Below, in pieces: positions 24,969 through 37,879 of a stretch of 64,000 nt of DNA. The notes under the pieces were generated by a model. The model had not been told where the DNA came from. It saw only the letters and a list, made by a program, of their open reading frames with translations, and ran no database searches. Position 1 is the stretch's first letter. Every line of letters begins with the position of its first letter. A program made the translations under genes and the position numbers. The DNA comes from Chiloscyllium plagiosum (taxonomy: Eukaryota), in assembly GCF_004010195.1 (NCBI RefSeq), contig NC_057755.1, positions 10,077,989 to 10,141,988 of the forward strand, written 5' to 3'.

Positions 24969-26682
24969 CTGAGTATTTTACATTTGGACAAAATAGGCTC
25001 TAGCTGATGAACACCTCCATCTTGTATTCCACAAGCAGAGAGATTCAGGTCTTCTATCTGTTCCATGTGTACAAATGAAGTGGCAAGAGCTGCACAGTCA
25101 GACGGTTTCAGAAGACACTGGGTGAAAGTTATTGATTGTAGCGGTTGGAAGGAGTCACTAATCAATGGTTTGTCTTGAAATTCAACAAAGCAATGCATCA
25201 GCTGTAAGAAGACCCTCTGGCTTTGCATATCGCCCGTTTTCTGAATACGCCTCCTAATATTGTCCCTGAGCCAAACAGACACGAGTTGAGTTGCTTCAGA
25301 GGGAAAATCACCCAAAAGCTTCTGGAGCTGATTGTTCGAATTGTGTGAAAGCAGGCCAATTAAGAAACGTGAAAATATCTCGAATCTGTTGTCACTGCAG
25401 GTGAAGCCTTCATCAAGCTGCCTGATCAGACCTTTTGAGGATGTGGTCAGACATTTGGCTACTGCAGCAATGAAATCTTGCAGAACAGATTGATTGAAGG
25501 CATAAGCAAATCTGTGTGACTCTCCAATCTCCCTCACAAAGGAAGAGATGAAAATGGAATCCTCAAGCTTGTGCTGATTGATTTGATCAGAATCAAATAT
25601 AATGGTTTTGCTGCTAACTCCTTTCCAGGCCACCTCGCCAATTTTTATTAGTTGACTGCAAAGATTTCTCTCATCACAATGGCATCTTGCTAAAAGTTCA
25701 GTGATGTACGCGGAAAGCATCTCTGTGCTATTTGGAACCAGCAGTGGCCCCTGTTTCTCTTGTTCTTTCAGACGTTTCGTCAATAGTGAGGAAAGAACAG
25801 CGCAGTACAGAGGGGTATAGCACATGGTGTATAATGTCTCATTCTGCTGAATAGATTCCAATACACTCGTGGCTAATTGTTCATCTGCAAAACATTGGCG
25901 AAAATATTGTTTTATACTCTTCGAGGTGAACCCCAGGATCTCCCCTCTTAGATTTATTTTTGTCTTTGCTAAGTTCCCCATTTTCCAAGGCCGACTTGTG
26001 ACCAGAATTGAACAACCATGCAGCAAGTATCCCTGGATAAGGCAACGCGCAATGTCTGATGTCCAATGCAGTGATTTGGTATCAAAACATTGATTCTGAG
26101 GGTCTTTGCATCTCTCCAAATCAATAAAATCCACGCCACTGTCAAACTTGTCTAAATCGTCGAATATGAACAATATGCTTCCAGGATCTTCCCATATATA
26201 TTCTAATTTACTTGCAAGGTAGGGGTATGAATTCAGAATTAGGGTATTTAGATTTGTTTTGACATTTATTGAGTTTAATTGTGGGAAATTTAATTGAAAT
26301 ACAAATTTAAACTCTTGGTATATTCTCCCTTTAGCCCAATCATGGATTATCTTCTGGAGCAAAGTGCTCTTTCCAATTCCTGCAGCCCCAAATACCACCG
26401 TTGTTCCAAATTTGTCTGTTTCAGAGCCACTCCTCAGTAATTGATCGATCTGAACTTGATGCACACTCTTGATACTTTCTGTTTGCATTCTTTCACGTTC
26501 TTCACCTCGGGAATTTAGTTCATTTTCTATCAAGCTAAGTTCACGTATGGGAGCTACAATCATCATGTCTGTGTATTTCTCCTCAAGTGAAGATGTCTCA
26601 CACTTATCTCTTCCTGAAGTTACTGTGGAACTCAACATCATAGTCTGTATCCGAAGGTTCTCCCTGTGTTGACACTCTTGCC
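24969..26682 (-). CDS. NLR (NACHT/LRR, NLRC3/NLRP-like) large NACHT exon: pre-NACHT segment, NBD, HD1, WHD, HD2, first LRR
   Basis: ORF 24965..26755: Walker A GAAGIGKS, DWAxG..Y..F.FVF, Walker B-like FIFDDLDK, sensor 1 LVTSR, MCYTPLYC, QDFIAA, RFLIGL; acceptor ttcttttcaattaaAG (phase 1), donor AG|GTAATT (phase 2). Confidence 0.95.
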
Positions 26683-26838
26683 CTTTAATTGAAAAGAATA
26701 CATTTATTCCCGTAGTTCGTCTAATATAGGAGCAAAATATCACGGTCATACCCAATATTTATCCACTTCTTTGATAAAAACAGAAAAACTGATTTACAGT
26801 TTAGAGGAAGGACTTCAACTTTAAATATATCATGTAGT

Positions 26839-27151
26839 GGGCGGCACGGTGGCACAGTGGTTAGCACTGCTGCCTCGCAGCGCCAGAGACCCGGGGTCAA
26901 TTCCCGACTCAGGCGACTGACTGTGTGGAGTTTGCACGTTCTCCCCGTGTCTGCGTGGGTTTCCTCCGGGGGCTCCGGTTTCCTCCCACAGTCCAAAGAT
27001 GTGCAAGTCAGGTGAATTGGCCATGCTAAATTGCCCGTAGTGTTAGGTAAAGGGGTAAATGTAGGGGTATGGGTGGGTTACGCTTCGGCGGGTCGGTGTG
27101 GACTTGTTGGGCCGAAGGGCCTGTTTCCACACTGTAAGTAATCTAATCTAA
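26839..27151 (+). mobile_element. Full-length young HE1-type (tRNA-derived V-SINE) element; degraded copies at about 460-680, 5050-5320, 8670-8940, 37497-37850, 38870-39160, 57365-57706
   Basis: GGGCGGCACGGTGGCACAGTGGTTAGCAC A-box head, B-box-like GGTCAATTCCC, V-domain TGTGTGGAGTTTGCACGTTCTCCCCGTGTCTGCGTGGGTTTCC, (AATCT)n tail. Confidence 0.92.
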
Positions 27152-27599
27152 TATAAAAGTTCCAGAAGCAACATAACAGCACGTATAAGACTTATGCATA
27201 ATATATCAACGAATATTTGGAAGCTCTGACATTGTGTATTAAAGTTTTTATGATTACTTTGAAGTAAGGGTGAAATTGCAATACACTATTGGGTTGCTAT
27301 CTCATTAGAGAGAGAAAGCTGTTGGCAGTTTAGCCTGAGGCCAGGGAAGATATTGAGAAAGTGAGTCATTCAAGATAACTTCAGCCTGAAATTGAACCCA
27401 CGCCCTTGCCATCACTGAACATCACAATTCTTCTGCCCCATCAACTGAGCTATCCAATCCCAGCACAGTCAATGTGGCCAATCTTTCAAGGTAAGTTGCA
27501 ATGTTCACTGTGTTTTGATCACGAGGCAGTCTGTGCCATCACCAGAAGCAGATAAACTCATTGCCCGATATATCACTCACTCAAATATCAACATCAAAC

Positions 27600-29990
27600 C
27601 GGGGTCACTAATTTCTTTGGGCAAAAGTCCTCTACCCATCTCTCAGACATCTTCACCAACCTCCAAAACTCTCCCTCCACCTTGATACTTCGCTCTCGCC
27701 TTTTACCAGCACCGAGACTTCATCAAGAACTACTGGTGTAACATCAGTCATCTTCATTTCTCTGTCCCCCTCATCCACCTAACCTTTTCTCTTTGGACTG
27801 AATGTATTCCATGGTTTCTTGACATACCCTGACTTACTCATTTTCCCTACCGTCAAGGCTGGTGCTGTTGTTATCGGGTGGTGGCTGAGCACCAGCTCTC
27901 AGAAATCTCCTCCTATCTCCCCTTGTACAATAACCCCACCACTGATCTTTAGGCTGTTGAGTGCACGATTGCCGTTAACCTCATCAAATCTGGGATCTCC
28001 ACGTGACAGCCTCCCAGCTCATATCCCTCAACCCTATAGCACTCGCCTCTATCTCGTTCCAACAATCCACAATCCACAAGACCATCCGGGCAGACCCATT
28101 TTTTCTGCCCCACAAAACTCATCTCTTCCTACCTTGACTTTGTTTTAACTCCACTTGTCCAGTTCCCCTCTACTTACATCTGGGATTCTTCTGACAGTTT
28201 ACGCCAGTTTTGGAATTTCCAGTTCACGGTCTCCATTCGCCTCCTCGTCACCATGGACATTCAACCCCTTAACACATCCATTCCCCCACCAGTATAGTCT
28301 GGGGGCTCTCCCGTTCTTCTTACAAAGAGGCTTGAACCATCCCCATCCATCCACTACACTTCTCCACCTGCTGAGCTGATGCTCACTTTGAACAACATCT
28401 CCCTTAACTCCTCTCATTTTCTTCAGATCAGAGGGGTGCGCCCGGATTTCTGCCCCAATTTCACCCTTCCATATTGTAGAGAATCTAATCTAAACTAAGC
28501 TATGTGGGGAATGTGGCGTGTTCCTTGCTTTAGTCATACTCTAGCCCACACCCATCGCACTTTTTCTAGTGTACTGATGATATCATCAGTGCTGCTTCTG
28601 GCGCACGTCTTGAATGGGGGAGGTTTGTCAATTTCGCTTCCAATCTCCACCCCGCTCTGACATTCACCTGTTCGATCTCTGACTCCTGCCTCTCCTTTTT
28701 CATCATCTCTGTTTCCATTTCTAAAGGTAGGCTGATCTTTAATATCCGCTACAAATCCACCGACTTTCATGGTTACCTTCATGATGCTCCTCCCTTCCTT
28801 CTTCTTCGAAGGCTCTATTCGATTTTCCCAGTTTTTCTGCCTCTGTCACATCTGTTGTGATGATGCCAACTTCCTCTGGAGTGCTGGGGGTAGTGGTGTT
28901 GAAATACTTGCATTTATCCTCAACCGAGTATTCCCCACCGCCGTAGTTCACGGGGTCCTCACCTGTGACCAGATCCTCTCCATCACTTCAGTCCTCACCC
29001 ACTCTCTTCCCTCACAATAGCAGTAAGGTAACAACGATCATCAATGACCACCCCATTCGAATATGCATCCATAGCATCGTTCATTGCCATTTCTTCTGTC
29101 TCCAGTGGAATGCCACTACTCGGCAGATTTTCCCCTCCCCTAAAGTGTCAGCTTTCCACAGGGACCATTCTATTCATCACACCCTGGTCCTCTACTCCGT
29201 CACTCCCAATCTCTGACCCACAGCCTCGTGTCACCTTCCCCTGCATTTGCATAATTTGAAACCACTGCTCAAATAATTCCTCCATCCTCAATTTCCAAGG
29301 CTTCAGACACACCTCCCAGTGTGATTTACCTGCACTTCATTCAGTCTGGTCTACTGTACTCACTGTTCACAATGTGGTCTCCCTGACACGGGGGTAGACA
29401 AAATGTTGACCAGGTGGCAGTTTTGCAGAGCCTTCGTTCTGTGTGTAATAATGACCCTGCTCTTCCTATTGCTTACCACTTTAACAAACCACCCTGTTGG
29501 CTGACAAAATCTCTGTCTCAGGCTTGCTGCATTGCTCTCGTGAGGCTCAGCGCAAGAAGGAAAAACACAATCTGATTTTCTGCTTGGTGACCCTGCAACC
29601 TTCAGTACTCAATAGCGTTCAATGCGTTTAGAACCGGAACACCTCCTTCCATGTCCTATACCCAACCCCACACCTCTGGCCCTGTCCTGATATTAGCAAC
29701 TTTGAGCACAACCAATCCATTTTCAACTACCCATTGTGAGTTTTTCTTTCTCTTTGGCTTGTCATTATCCATGCTTTTGTCTGCCCATCTGTTGATGTCT
29801 CCATCTGGGCTCAATCACTTCCTGTTGCTTTCGTGGCTTCCTCCGCTATCCAGTCTTCAGCATATTTATAAATCTTTTGCTCACTACAGTCAGTACAGAA
29901 AAATGTCACTGGACCCAAAATATTACTCTGTTTCTCACTCTTCGGATGACGCCAGACCTGCTGAGTTTCTGCAGCGAGTTCTCCATTTTT
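27600..29990 (+). mobile_element. Degraded Penelope-like element (RT and GIY-YIG remnants)
   Basis: PGRPIFS, TMDIQPL.TSIP, TDDII remnant, FTCTSFSLVYC..CSQCG remnant, and a typical 3' end. Confidence 0.75.
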
Positions 29991-30453
29991 TTTAAGAAGT
30001 AGCTCATGCTGGGTTGAACAAATCCCCAAAACACCACTTCGATGTATAGGCCAGAAAAACAAAACAAAATTAAATAACGTTTTGTCTTTATATTTTCTAA
30101 TGTGGATGAAGGGTTAGGCGCAGTCTCGTTAACTCCTTTTGTCTTTTTCCAGATACAACCAGAGGTTATCTGTCATCAGTCCATACAGGGCTGTCTACAC
30201 GTGTTTTAACATCAGATTCAGAAGGAAGTAAATCCAAGAGTACATGGCACCCTCAGCACACCTCTGGTGTTACTGCCTTCATTCACATCCTCAAGCCATT
30301 GGGAAGGATCTGAGCTCCAACTTTTACGAACGGGAGATGCTTGAGATAACTGAACCCCAGCTAAAACATTATTTCTCTAATCCACCAGTTTGGAATATAG
30401 CTTTGATATCTTCAACAATTTTAGGGCTTTCCCTTCGACTTTGCAACTGTTAC

Positions 30454-30568
30454 CTTGTGATATTATGAACGTGGTCTGATTTATGAATTGTGACTGAAAT
30501 GTTTGAGGAGGATAAAACTCAAACACTGGCCTCTGCCTTTGCTCTTTCAAGAGTTCACAAGTGCTCAT
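30454..30568 (-). CDS. Candidate NLR initiation exon: MSTCELLKEQRQRPVFEFYPPQTFQSQFINQTTFIISQ
   Basis: Acceptor atttcAG at 30599, in-frame upstream stop, donor AAG|GTAACA ends in phase 1, compatible with the NACHT exon. Confidence 0.35.
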
Positions 30569-30689
30569 TTGAAATAGTGGACAAATATCTTAGCCATCCT
30601 GAAATATCCATATTCCACTTTTGCTTACTGTTCTTTCGTGTTGATTGTTTTTGTTGGATGTGAAACAAGGTAGCGTAGTTACAAACTAA

Positions 30690-31650
30690 AATGCAATACA
30701 ATACAACGGAGCACTGGAACAGGCCTTTCAGTCCACCAACCTCATGCTGATTGCTAATCCTTGTTTCACCCGCTACTTGCTGCACATGCAGAGCCATGCA
30801 GATCTTGGCAACTAGAGCTCAATGAAATATTCCAGATGTGGTACGACAAAAGTTTTGTAAAGCTGTAACATAGCTTGCCAACTTATATATTCAATGCCCA
30901 GGCCATTGAGGACAACTTCATGTATGCTTTCTTGACTGCCTTGTCTAATGGTGTTGCCACTTTCAGGGGTTTGTGGACCAGTGCACTCAAATCGCTCTGT
31001 ATGTAAATACTCCTAAACGTTCCGACATTTATTATAAAAATTACATCTTAGTTAGATATTCCAAAATGCATCAACTCGCATTTGTCTGAATTTAACTCCA
31101 TCTGCGATTCTATTCACCAAATTTGCAATCTTTCTGTATCCCACTCTATCCTTTGACAATCTTCCTTACTATCTGCAACTGCATCAATTTTGCTGTTATC
31201 CACAAACTTATTAATCAAACCACCGACATTTTCCTCCAGATTATCTGTGGATATAACAAACAGCAAAGGTCCCAGCACTGATCCCAACACAACGCCATTG
31301 CTAACTGATCTCCATTCCAAGAAACACCCTTCCACTATTCTCTGTATTCCACGACCAAATCAGTTTTGCATCAATCTAGCTGGCTCACCATGGATCCCAG
31401 GAGGCTCTACCTTCTGTTCCATCCTGCCATGAGGCATCATATTAAATGCCTGGCTAGGGTCCACGTAGGCAACAACCACTGCCCTTCTTTAATCAACCAT
31501 TCCTGTCAACACCTCAACGAAAACTCAATCAAGTTAGTGAGACATGATCTTCCCCTCGCAAAAAAAAAACATGCTCCCTATCACTAAAAGGTCCATTTGC
31601 TTCCAAATGTAAATAAATCCTGTTACTCCCCATCTTTTCTAACTGATCCC
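30690..31650 (-). mobile_element. CR1 LINE RT fragment
   Basis: WRSVSNGVVLGSVLGPLLFVI...KFVDNSKI. Confidence 0.85.
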
Positions 31651-32034
31651 AATCATTTCGTCTGCCCAGTGCACCTAAGGTATGACATTCCTTAACAGTC
31701 TGTGCTCCACAACGGTGCAAAATTCTTCATTAAAAGTTACCTCTTACAGTCATGGGGCAGCTTGCTCCATAAGAACAGAAGAAGAGATTAATTGTGTACA
31801 CTCCTAATTCAGAACACAGAAAGAGCACAATGTCTGACAATATTTAAGTTAAACAGTTTGCGAAGCGACTTTGCTATGAATGTTAAGCATGTCTATTGTG
31901 TTTAAATCCTCAATTCGCCCATGAAAGTCATAATAGGTTACCTGCAACAGGAAATTTGTAATTGGAACACAATAAGCTGAGATAAAAAAATAAACAGATA
32001 TTTGGAATATCAATTCAGCACAAACAAATCTTAC

Positions 32035-32179
32035 AACTTTTTGGATTCTTGTTTGGTCCTTCATCTTCCAAGTATGAGCGGTTATCTTTATTGACGATTT
32101 CCGTGGAGATTTTGTCATTACTATGAACAGGTGCCATAGCAGCAATCCGTTCGTCGCTTTGATTCGACATTTCATCCAT
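32035..32179 (-). CDS. Alternative candidate NLR initiation exon: MDEMSNQSDERIAAMAPVHSNDKISTEIVNKDNRSYLEDEGPNKNPKS
   Basis: AGAATGG Kozak-like context after an in-frame stop, donor T|GTAAGA in phase 1; strong acceptor at 32628 would supply a long 5' UTR. Confidence 0.35.
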
Positions 32180-32965
32180 TCTTTAGATTTTGACAGTCCT
32201 CCAATTTGTAGATCTGTTGGTTTGAAAAGTGGTTGAGTGGTATCCCTTTCAGCAGTTTCAACTTTGAGCCTTAAATCTCCCCCAGCCGTTGATCTGCACT
32301 GATCAGTTCCTACATGTGCAATCTACATGTCATCCATCTCCATCAATATATTTCCTCCAGGAAAAGCAAATCGGGGCAAGGTTCCAACTTCTTCACTTAA
32401 GGAGAAATGTGTCGGTAATTGAATTGTTCATCCAGGCTGTGATGTGGACAAACACAATGTTCAGATCCTCCACCTAATATCACGTTGACTATGCCTCTGA
32501 AGCTATTAGTCTAAGTGTGAAAGGGACAGATGATTCTTTTGAATTTGGTTTTCATTTTTACTTTCAATTTCTGAGTTCCACATTGGGAAGTGTCTTGTTC
32601 TGAAATAAGGATGCCAGGAAGAAGATTCTGTAAATTAAAAAAAAATAATATTCAAGATTGGTATGGAAGATCGTGCTCTCTTTATGTTTTATTTGAAGCT
32701 GGGCTTTCAGAACCAGTCAAGGGGAGATGGATCAGCCTTTGATCCTATCCATTGCATAGCAGTTTCAAAGGGCCGATTACCCTTAACCCCACTACTATTT
32801 ACTTTGTTCCACCAGGAGGCTTTGCATGAATCTGCCACTATATTCAGAGAGCCATTACATGAGAAATTACATGAGGACCAGGCAAAAAGCTTGTTAAAAT
32901 GAAACAACAGGCACAAAGTGAGTTATTAACTGTTATTGCAGAAGCTCGTAATGAGGTCTCGGTGT

Positions 32966-33132
32966 TGAGTCATTGCAATGAGTCAAATGACTCCTCTGGA
33001 ACTCCGGTTGATGTAATGTGTTTAATCAGAAATGTTTCTTTGGTGTTTTACACTTCGAGAATTGATCTGAGAAGTGAATCTCTCAAAGCCTAAATGCCGA
33101 ATGACCTCCTCGGGAACACCATTTGTGACTCA
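32966..33132. promoter_or_regulatory. AP-1 / C/EBP-like motif cluster upstream of the NLR
   Basis: TGAGTCA-TTGCAA-TGAGTCA at 32966-32985, TGACTC at 32988, TGACTCA at 33126-33132. Confidence 0.4.
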
Positions 33133-33329
33133 GCTTAGAAAAACCAGTATAGATAAAACGAATCTTGGAATTAAAAGCTACACAAGGGAGAGTCCAAATT
33201 GCAACATTAAACGTGCTAACATTCTGAGTACCTGTGATGTGTGGGTTACCATACATCATTACCACGGATTGGAGAATTTAGAAGGGGAAGAAACATTTTG
33301 CCCTTCTTTATAACGTCATTTATTGTCAG

Positions 33330-34990
33330 ATCATAGGAATGGGAGTGGGCCAGCCTGCCCCTTATGCTTATTCCTCCATTCAGGGATTATGTGGCTCGTC
33401 TCTGATCTCACATTATGTACCTGCCTTTCACCCATAAATACTTATGCTTAGGACAAACTTATCTATCACAGTTTTAAAATTGAACAATAATCCAGCATCC
33501 ACTACCATGTCTAGAAGATAGTTGTAAATCTCTACCACCCTTTGGGTTTACAAATGCTTCCTGAACGGTGTCCTGAACGGTCTCACCCTCATTCTCAGAT
33601 TATTCCCAGAGTTCTAAAAGCCCCAAACAGTGGAAATAGTTTATTTTTATAAACCCTGCCTTTCCCTGCTACCATCTTGATTTGATTAGGTAATCCATTA
33701 CACTTCTAAATTTCACAGAAAACATTTGTGTAAGCTTTCCTCATAAAATGACCACTGGCATTATGTGTAATGCTTGGAAATCCTTATTGGACTCCCTCCA
33801 ATACATTGCTATGGTGAGGTGCCCAGATCTGCTCACAGTGCTCCATGTTTGGTCTAAATCGTGCTTGGATAACTGTAGCATAAATGCTACACTTTACTAT
33901 TCCAGTCCATTATAAAAAAAGGCCAGTATTCCATTAGCAAACGTCATTATTTTTCTACAGCTTTTTGTGCATTTTTAACATCTATGCACCTGAACACCGA
34001 AGACTCTACGGAAATTCATTACATTTAACTAGAAAGTACAGGAGAAATTGAGAATCAAAAAGATGGCGCTGGAAAGCACACCAGGTCTTGAAGTATCCAA
34101 GAAGTTGGATAATCGACACCTCGTACAAAAGCTCTTGGTTGGAAATTTACCTCATTCCTGATGAAGGGCTTATGTCTGAAACGGCGACTGTCTGGTTCCT
34201 TGGATGCTGCCAGGCCTGCTGTACTTTTCCAGTCCACCCCCATCTAGAAAGTACCATGATCAATCCTTTTCCAGTCCAAAATAGATAACCTCACACTTGC
34301 ATTTATTGAACATCATCTGTCACTTTTTTTCACATTCTCATGGTCTATTAATATCACTTTTTTAACTTTGTGCTAATGCATACTGTCTTATAATGATGCC
34401 AAACACTGTTTCCTCAGCACAATTGGATCTGACTTTTTAAGCCATTATCCAAATTTGTAATAAATGAAATAAATAAATGTGGCCCGAACACAAATCTTTT
34501 AGAGACACCGCTGGTCAACTCCTGACAATTTGAAAAGCTACTCATCATCCCACCTTCTGCCATCTGCCGTTTTCCCAGCCATTCTGTGAGCTTTTACCTG
34601 CACAGGGCTTTATGTGAGACTTTATTGAATACTTCTGGAAGACCATACAAACAACAAACATACACATTCCCGTGTCCACTAACTTAGTCATCAATCCAGA
34701 AAAAGTCACTAAGTTTTATAAGGCATGACCTAACGGTCACAAATACATGCTAGCTTTCCCTGATGAACTGAAAACGTTCTGGTTGTCCCGGGACCACATC
34801 TTTGTTTATAAACATTAACAATTTCCTTACCATAGTTCTTAGGTTAACTGATCTGCAATGTCCTGCTGAACGTCTTTCAGCCTTCTGAAAAAGCAAACTG
34901 ACAGGTGCAATTTTGTAATCCAGAGGGACGATTCCTGTGTCTCGAGACAACTGAGACCCTATAGTCAGGGCAGTTACATTGTGCTCCCTC
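33330..34990 (-). mobile_element. Degraded CR1 LINE with an inserted inverted-repeat Penelope derivative (about 34050-34245)
   Basis: RT remnants (DYKIAPVSLLFQK..CRSVNL) and CR1-type 3' end. Confidence 0.65.
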
Positions 34991-35929
34991 CACACCCCCA
35001 CTTTGTTTAGCACCTTCAGATGAATTCACCGACAAGTCAGAATGAAATTAGAGGACGATGCGAACAATGTGTTGGTCAAGGATGTAGTCAGGCATTCAAG
35101 TCAAAATTTAATGTCACTACTTCTGGTTACTGCTGGTAGAAATGATAAACGTAATGTCTTAGTATAATTTATGTTTTGAAGTCAAACTTGAATCTTCTGT
35201 TAGAATTAGTGAAAATGTCAACTTTTCAAACAGTCGTAGAAAGACCATACAAATATGGTCACTCGTCATTAACCTCAAACAATTTTAACCTCTGCAATAG
35301 TAAGTGTGAAGAGTCGAAGTCAACGAGAGTTAGAAAAGATGACAAAGCAATTGAACATTTAGAACAAAACCTAAGTTCACTAGATCCGTAAAAATGCAAC
35401 AAATAAGATGCAAATGCAAGAACAGGATTTTGGAAGAAGAAAATACGAATGAATTAGTGCAGGTTTTTCCTTACTTGACAATAGATACTTTTTCTTCACT
35501 GCAGATTCATTTTTGATCTCTCTTATGCTCATGCAGAAAGATAATGAAAGTAGTTACAATGCAATGATCCCGACGAAACTCGGTTGAACAGGTTCAAAGT
35601 ACTGCACCACCTTTCGACGGAATGGTAATCAAAAGGAAGTTTTCACTGCATTTGCAAAACATTAATGAGAGTTCAGGACGATACCGAACTCCTAATCTTG
35701 GTATCAGTCAAATAAATAACTGAACTTTGTGAATGGGTAGGTCCATTATTGCTTCATGAAAGCAATAAAAAATCTTACTGAAGATAACAATTGATTTGTT
35801 TTCTCGGGAGTAAAGACAAATTAAAAATATAGGAGCTGAGAGGATTACTGGGAGGATTAGAGGAGCAGATTAGTTGGCGTTTGTCAATTAAATTTGATCT
35901 TTGTCTCGGCAATCACTAAAGGAACTGGG

Positions 35930-37260
35930 AATGAGGTTTCAGTTTACAACCAGTTTCAAATTCAACAATCTGTTGGAATTCTTAAAGGAAGTAACAAGCA
36001 GGTAAAACCAAGAAGGTGACATTGATTATCAGGTAGATAGCTACCTGAACTTTTAGAGGGCCTTCTAAAAAGCTGCTGCACGGAAAGTTACCGAGTAAAA
36101 TAATGGTCCATGGTGTTAAAGGCAAGGTATTGGCATGAATAGAAGGTGGGATGTCGGGCACAACGCACAGACTAGGAATACAGGGTTCTTTCTCAGAATG
36201 GTGGCCGGTGACTAATGGTCTTCCACAAGGTTCAGTGTTGGGACCACATCTTTTCACTTTATACATTAATGATCTAGATTGAGGAACCGAGAGCATTCAG
36301 GCTCAGTCTGTAGATGGTGCAAAGATTAATGCAGGGTCAAGTAATGTTGCAGAAGGGGGAGGCTGCTGAAGGATTTGGACTGGTTAGGACAGTGGGAAAA
36401 GAAGTGGCAGCTGAAGCACAACATGGGGAAATGTGAGGTCATGCACTTTGGTACGAAAGTATCGAGACATGGACTATTTAATAAATAAGGAGAAAATTCA
36501 GAAATTGAAAGTGCAACCAGAATTGGGAGTGAAATTCACGATTCTCTTAAGGTGAACTTTCAAGTTTAGTCGGTATTTAAGAAGGCAAAAATTTAATAAA
36601 GGACGAGCATATAAAAGCAGGTATGTCCTTCGGAATATTTATAAATCCCTGGTGAGACCACATTTAGAGCATTGTGAACAATCTCTAGCCCCATATCTCA
36701 GCAAGGATGTACTTGTCCTGAAACAGGTCCAAATAGGCTTCATGAGAATGATCCCAGAAATGAAAGGTTTAACATATGAGACCTCTGGGTTCATACTCAA
36801 TGGAAGTTAGAAAGATGAGGGGGTAATCTACTTGAAACACATTGAATGGCCTGGACAGAATGGACATTGAATACGTGTTTCCATTGTTATGGGAGACTAG
36901 GATCTGAAGGCATAGCATCAGAGTAAAGGGAAGACCGTTTAAAATGGAGATAAGACAAACTTCTTCAGCCAGAAAATGGCGCATCGACGGAATTCATTAG
37001 TCTGAGGAGCCGAGGTCATTGATTAAACTTTAAACAGAGATAAATAAGGAAATCAAAGGTCATGGCGAGAACGTGGGAGAATAAGCTTGAAAAACCTCTT
37101 TGTTAAAAACAAGGACTGCAGATGCTGGAAACCAAAGTCAAGATTAGAGTGGTGCTGGAAAAGCACAGCAGGTCAGGCGCCTATTTGCAATGATCGATTT
37201 GTGTAGTAGATTCGATAAGATGCATGGCCTAATTTCTGCTCCTCCGTCTTCTTGTATTAT
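35930..37260 (+). mobile_element. CR1 LINE RT/3' fragment
   Basis: PQGSVLGP.LF.LYINDL, LVRPHLEHC remnants. Confidence 0.85.
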
Positions 37261-37879
37261 AGTCTTCTTCATGCGGCTTCTGTCAAAGAATTTACTAATG
37301 AACTATATGCCTCTTGTTTACTAGTTGCAAATAATTGTGACCAGATCTTTCTGCGGAGTAATTGGCTGGAACAGACAATGAAGAGACTGCATTTTATGTG
37401 CCATCTGCAATTTCAGATTCTATCGAACAGCTAATTCAGGAGTGACTGTTTTGCCAAGATGTTGAAAATGTGAAATTACTAATTCCTTTAATCCAAGGGG
37501 GCACAGTGACTCACTGATTAGCACAATTTCCTCACAGCACCAGGGATTTGTTTTCCATCCCACTCTTGGGCGACTGTCTGTGTGGAGTTTACATATACTC
37601 CCAGTATCTCCATGGGTTTCCTACAGGTGACAAATTTCCTCCCACAGTCCAAAGATGTGCAGAGGTTCAGTGCAGAGGCTGTGCTAAATTACCCATAGTA
37701 CTGCAGGGTGTGGACATTTGGTGCTTCACTCATGACGAAATGGAAGTTTCAAGGGATGGGGGAAGGAGATGAGTCTGATTGGGATCATCTTTGCAGCATT
37801 GCTATGGAGTCATTAGGCCAAATGACCTGCTTCCACATTGTAGAATTCTGAGGATTACGAAATTAGTTTTGCCTGTTTC

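Noticed and set aside
26683..26755. N-terminus of the 596 aa ORF (MGMTVIFCSY...) as the NLR start
   Set aside because: It starts at a non-ATG codon and runs through a polypyrimidine tract and AG acceptor, so it is most likely intronic; the in-frame ATG two codons later is not fully excluded.
26839..26920. tRNA gene
   Set aside because: It is the tRNA-derived head of an HE1 SINE.
30454..30500. RHIM-like amyloid motif in QFINQTTFII
   Set aside because: Lacks the (I/V)Q(I/V/L)G core.
31741..31803. 63 nt exon-like segment with AG/GT sites on the minus strand
   Set aside because: Joining it after the 32035 exon creates TGA and it has no recognisable homology; at most a UTR exon.
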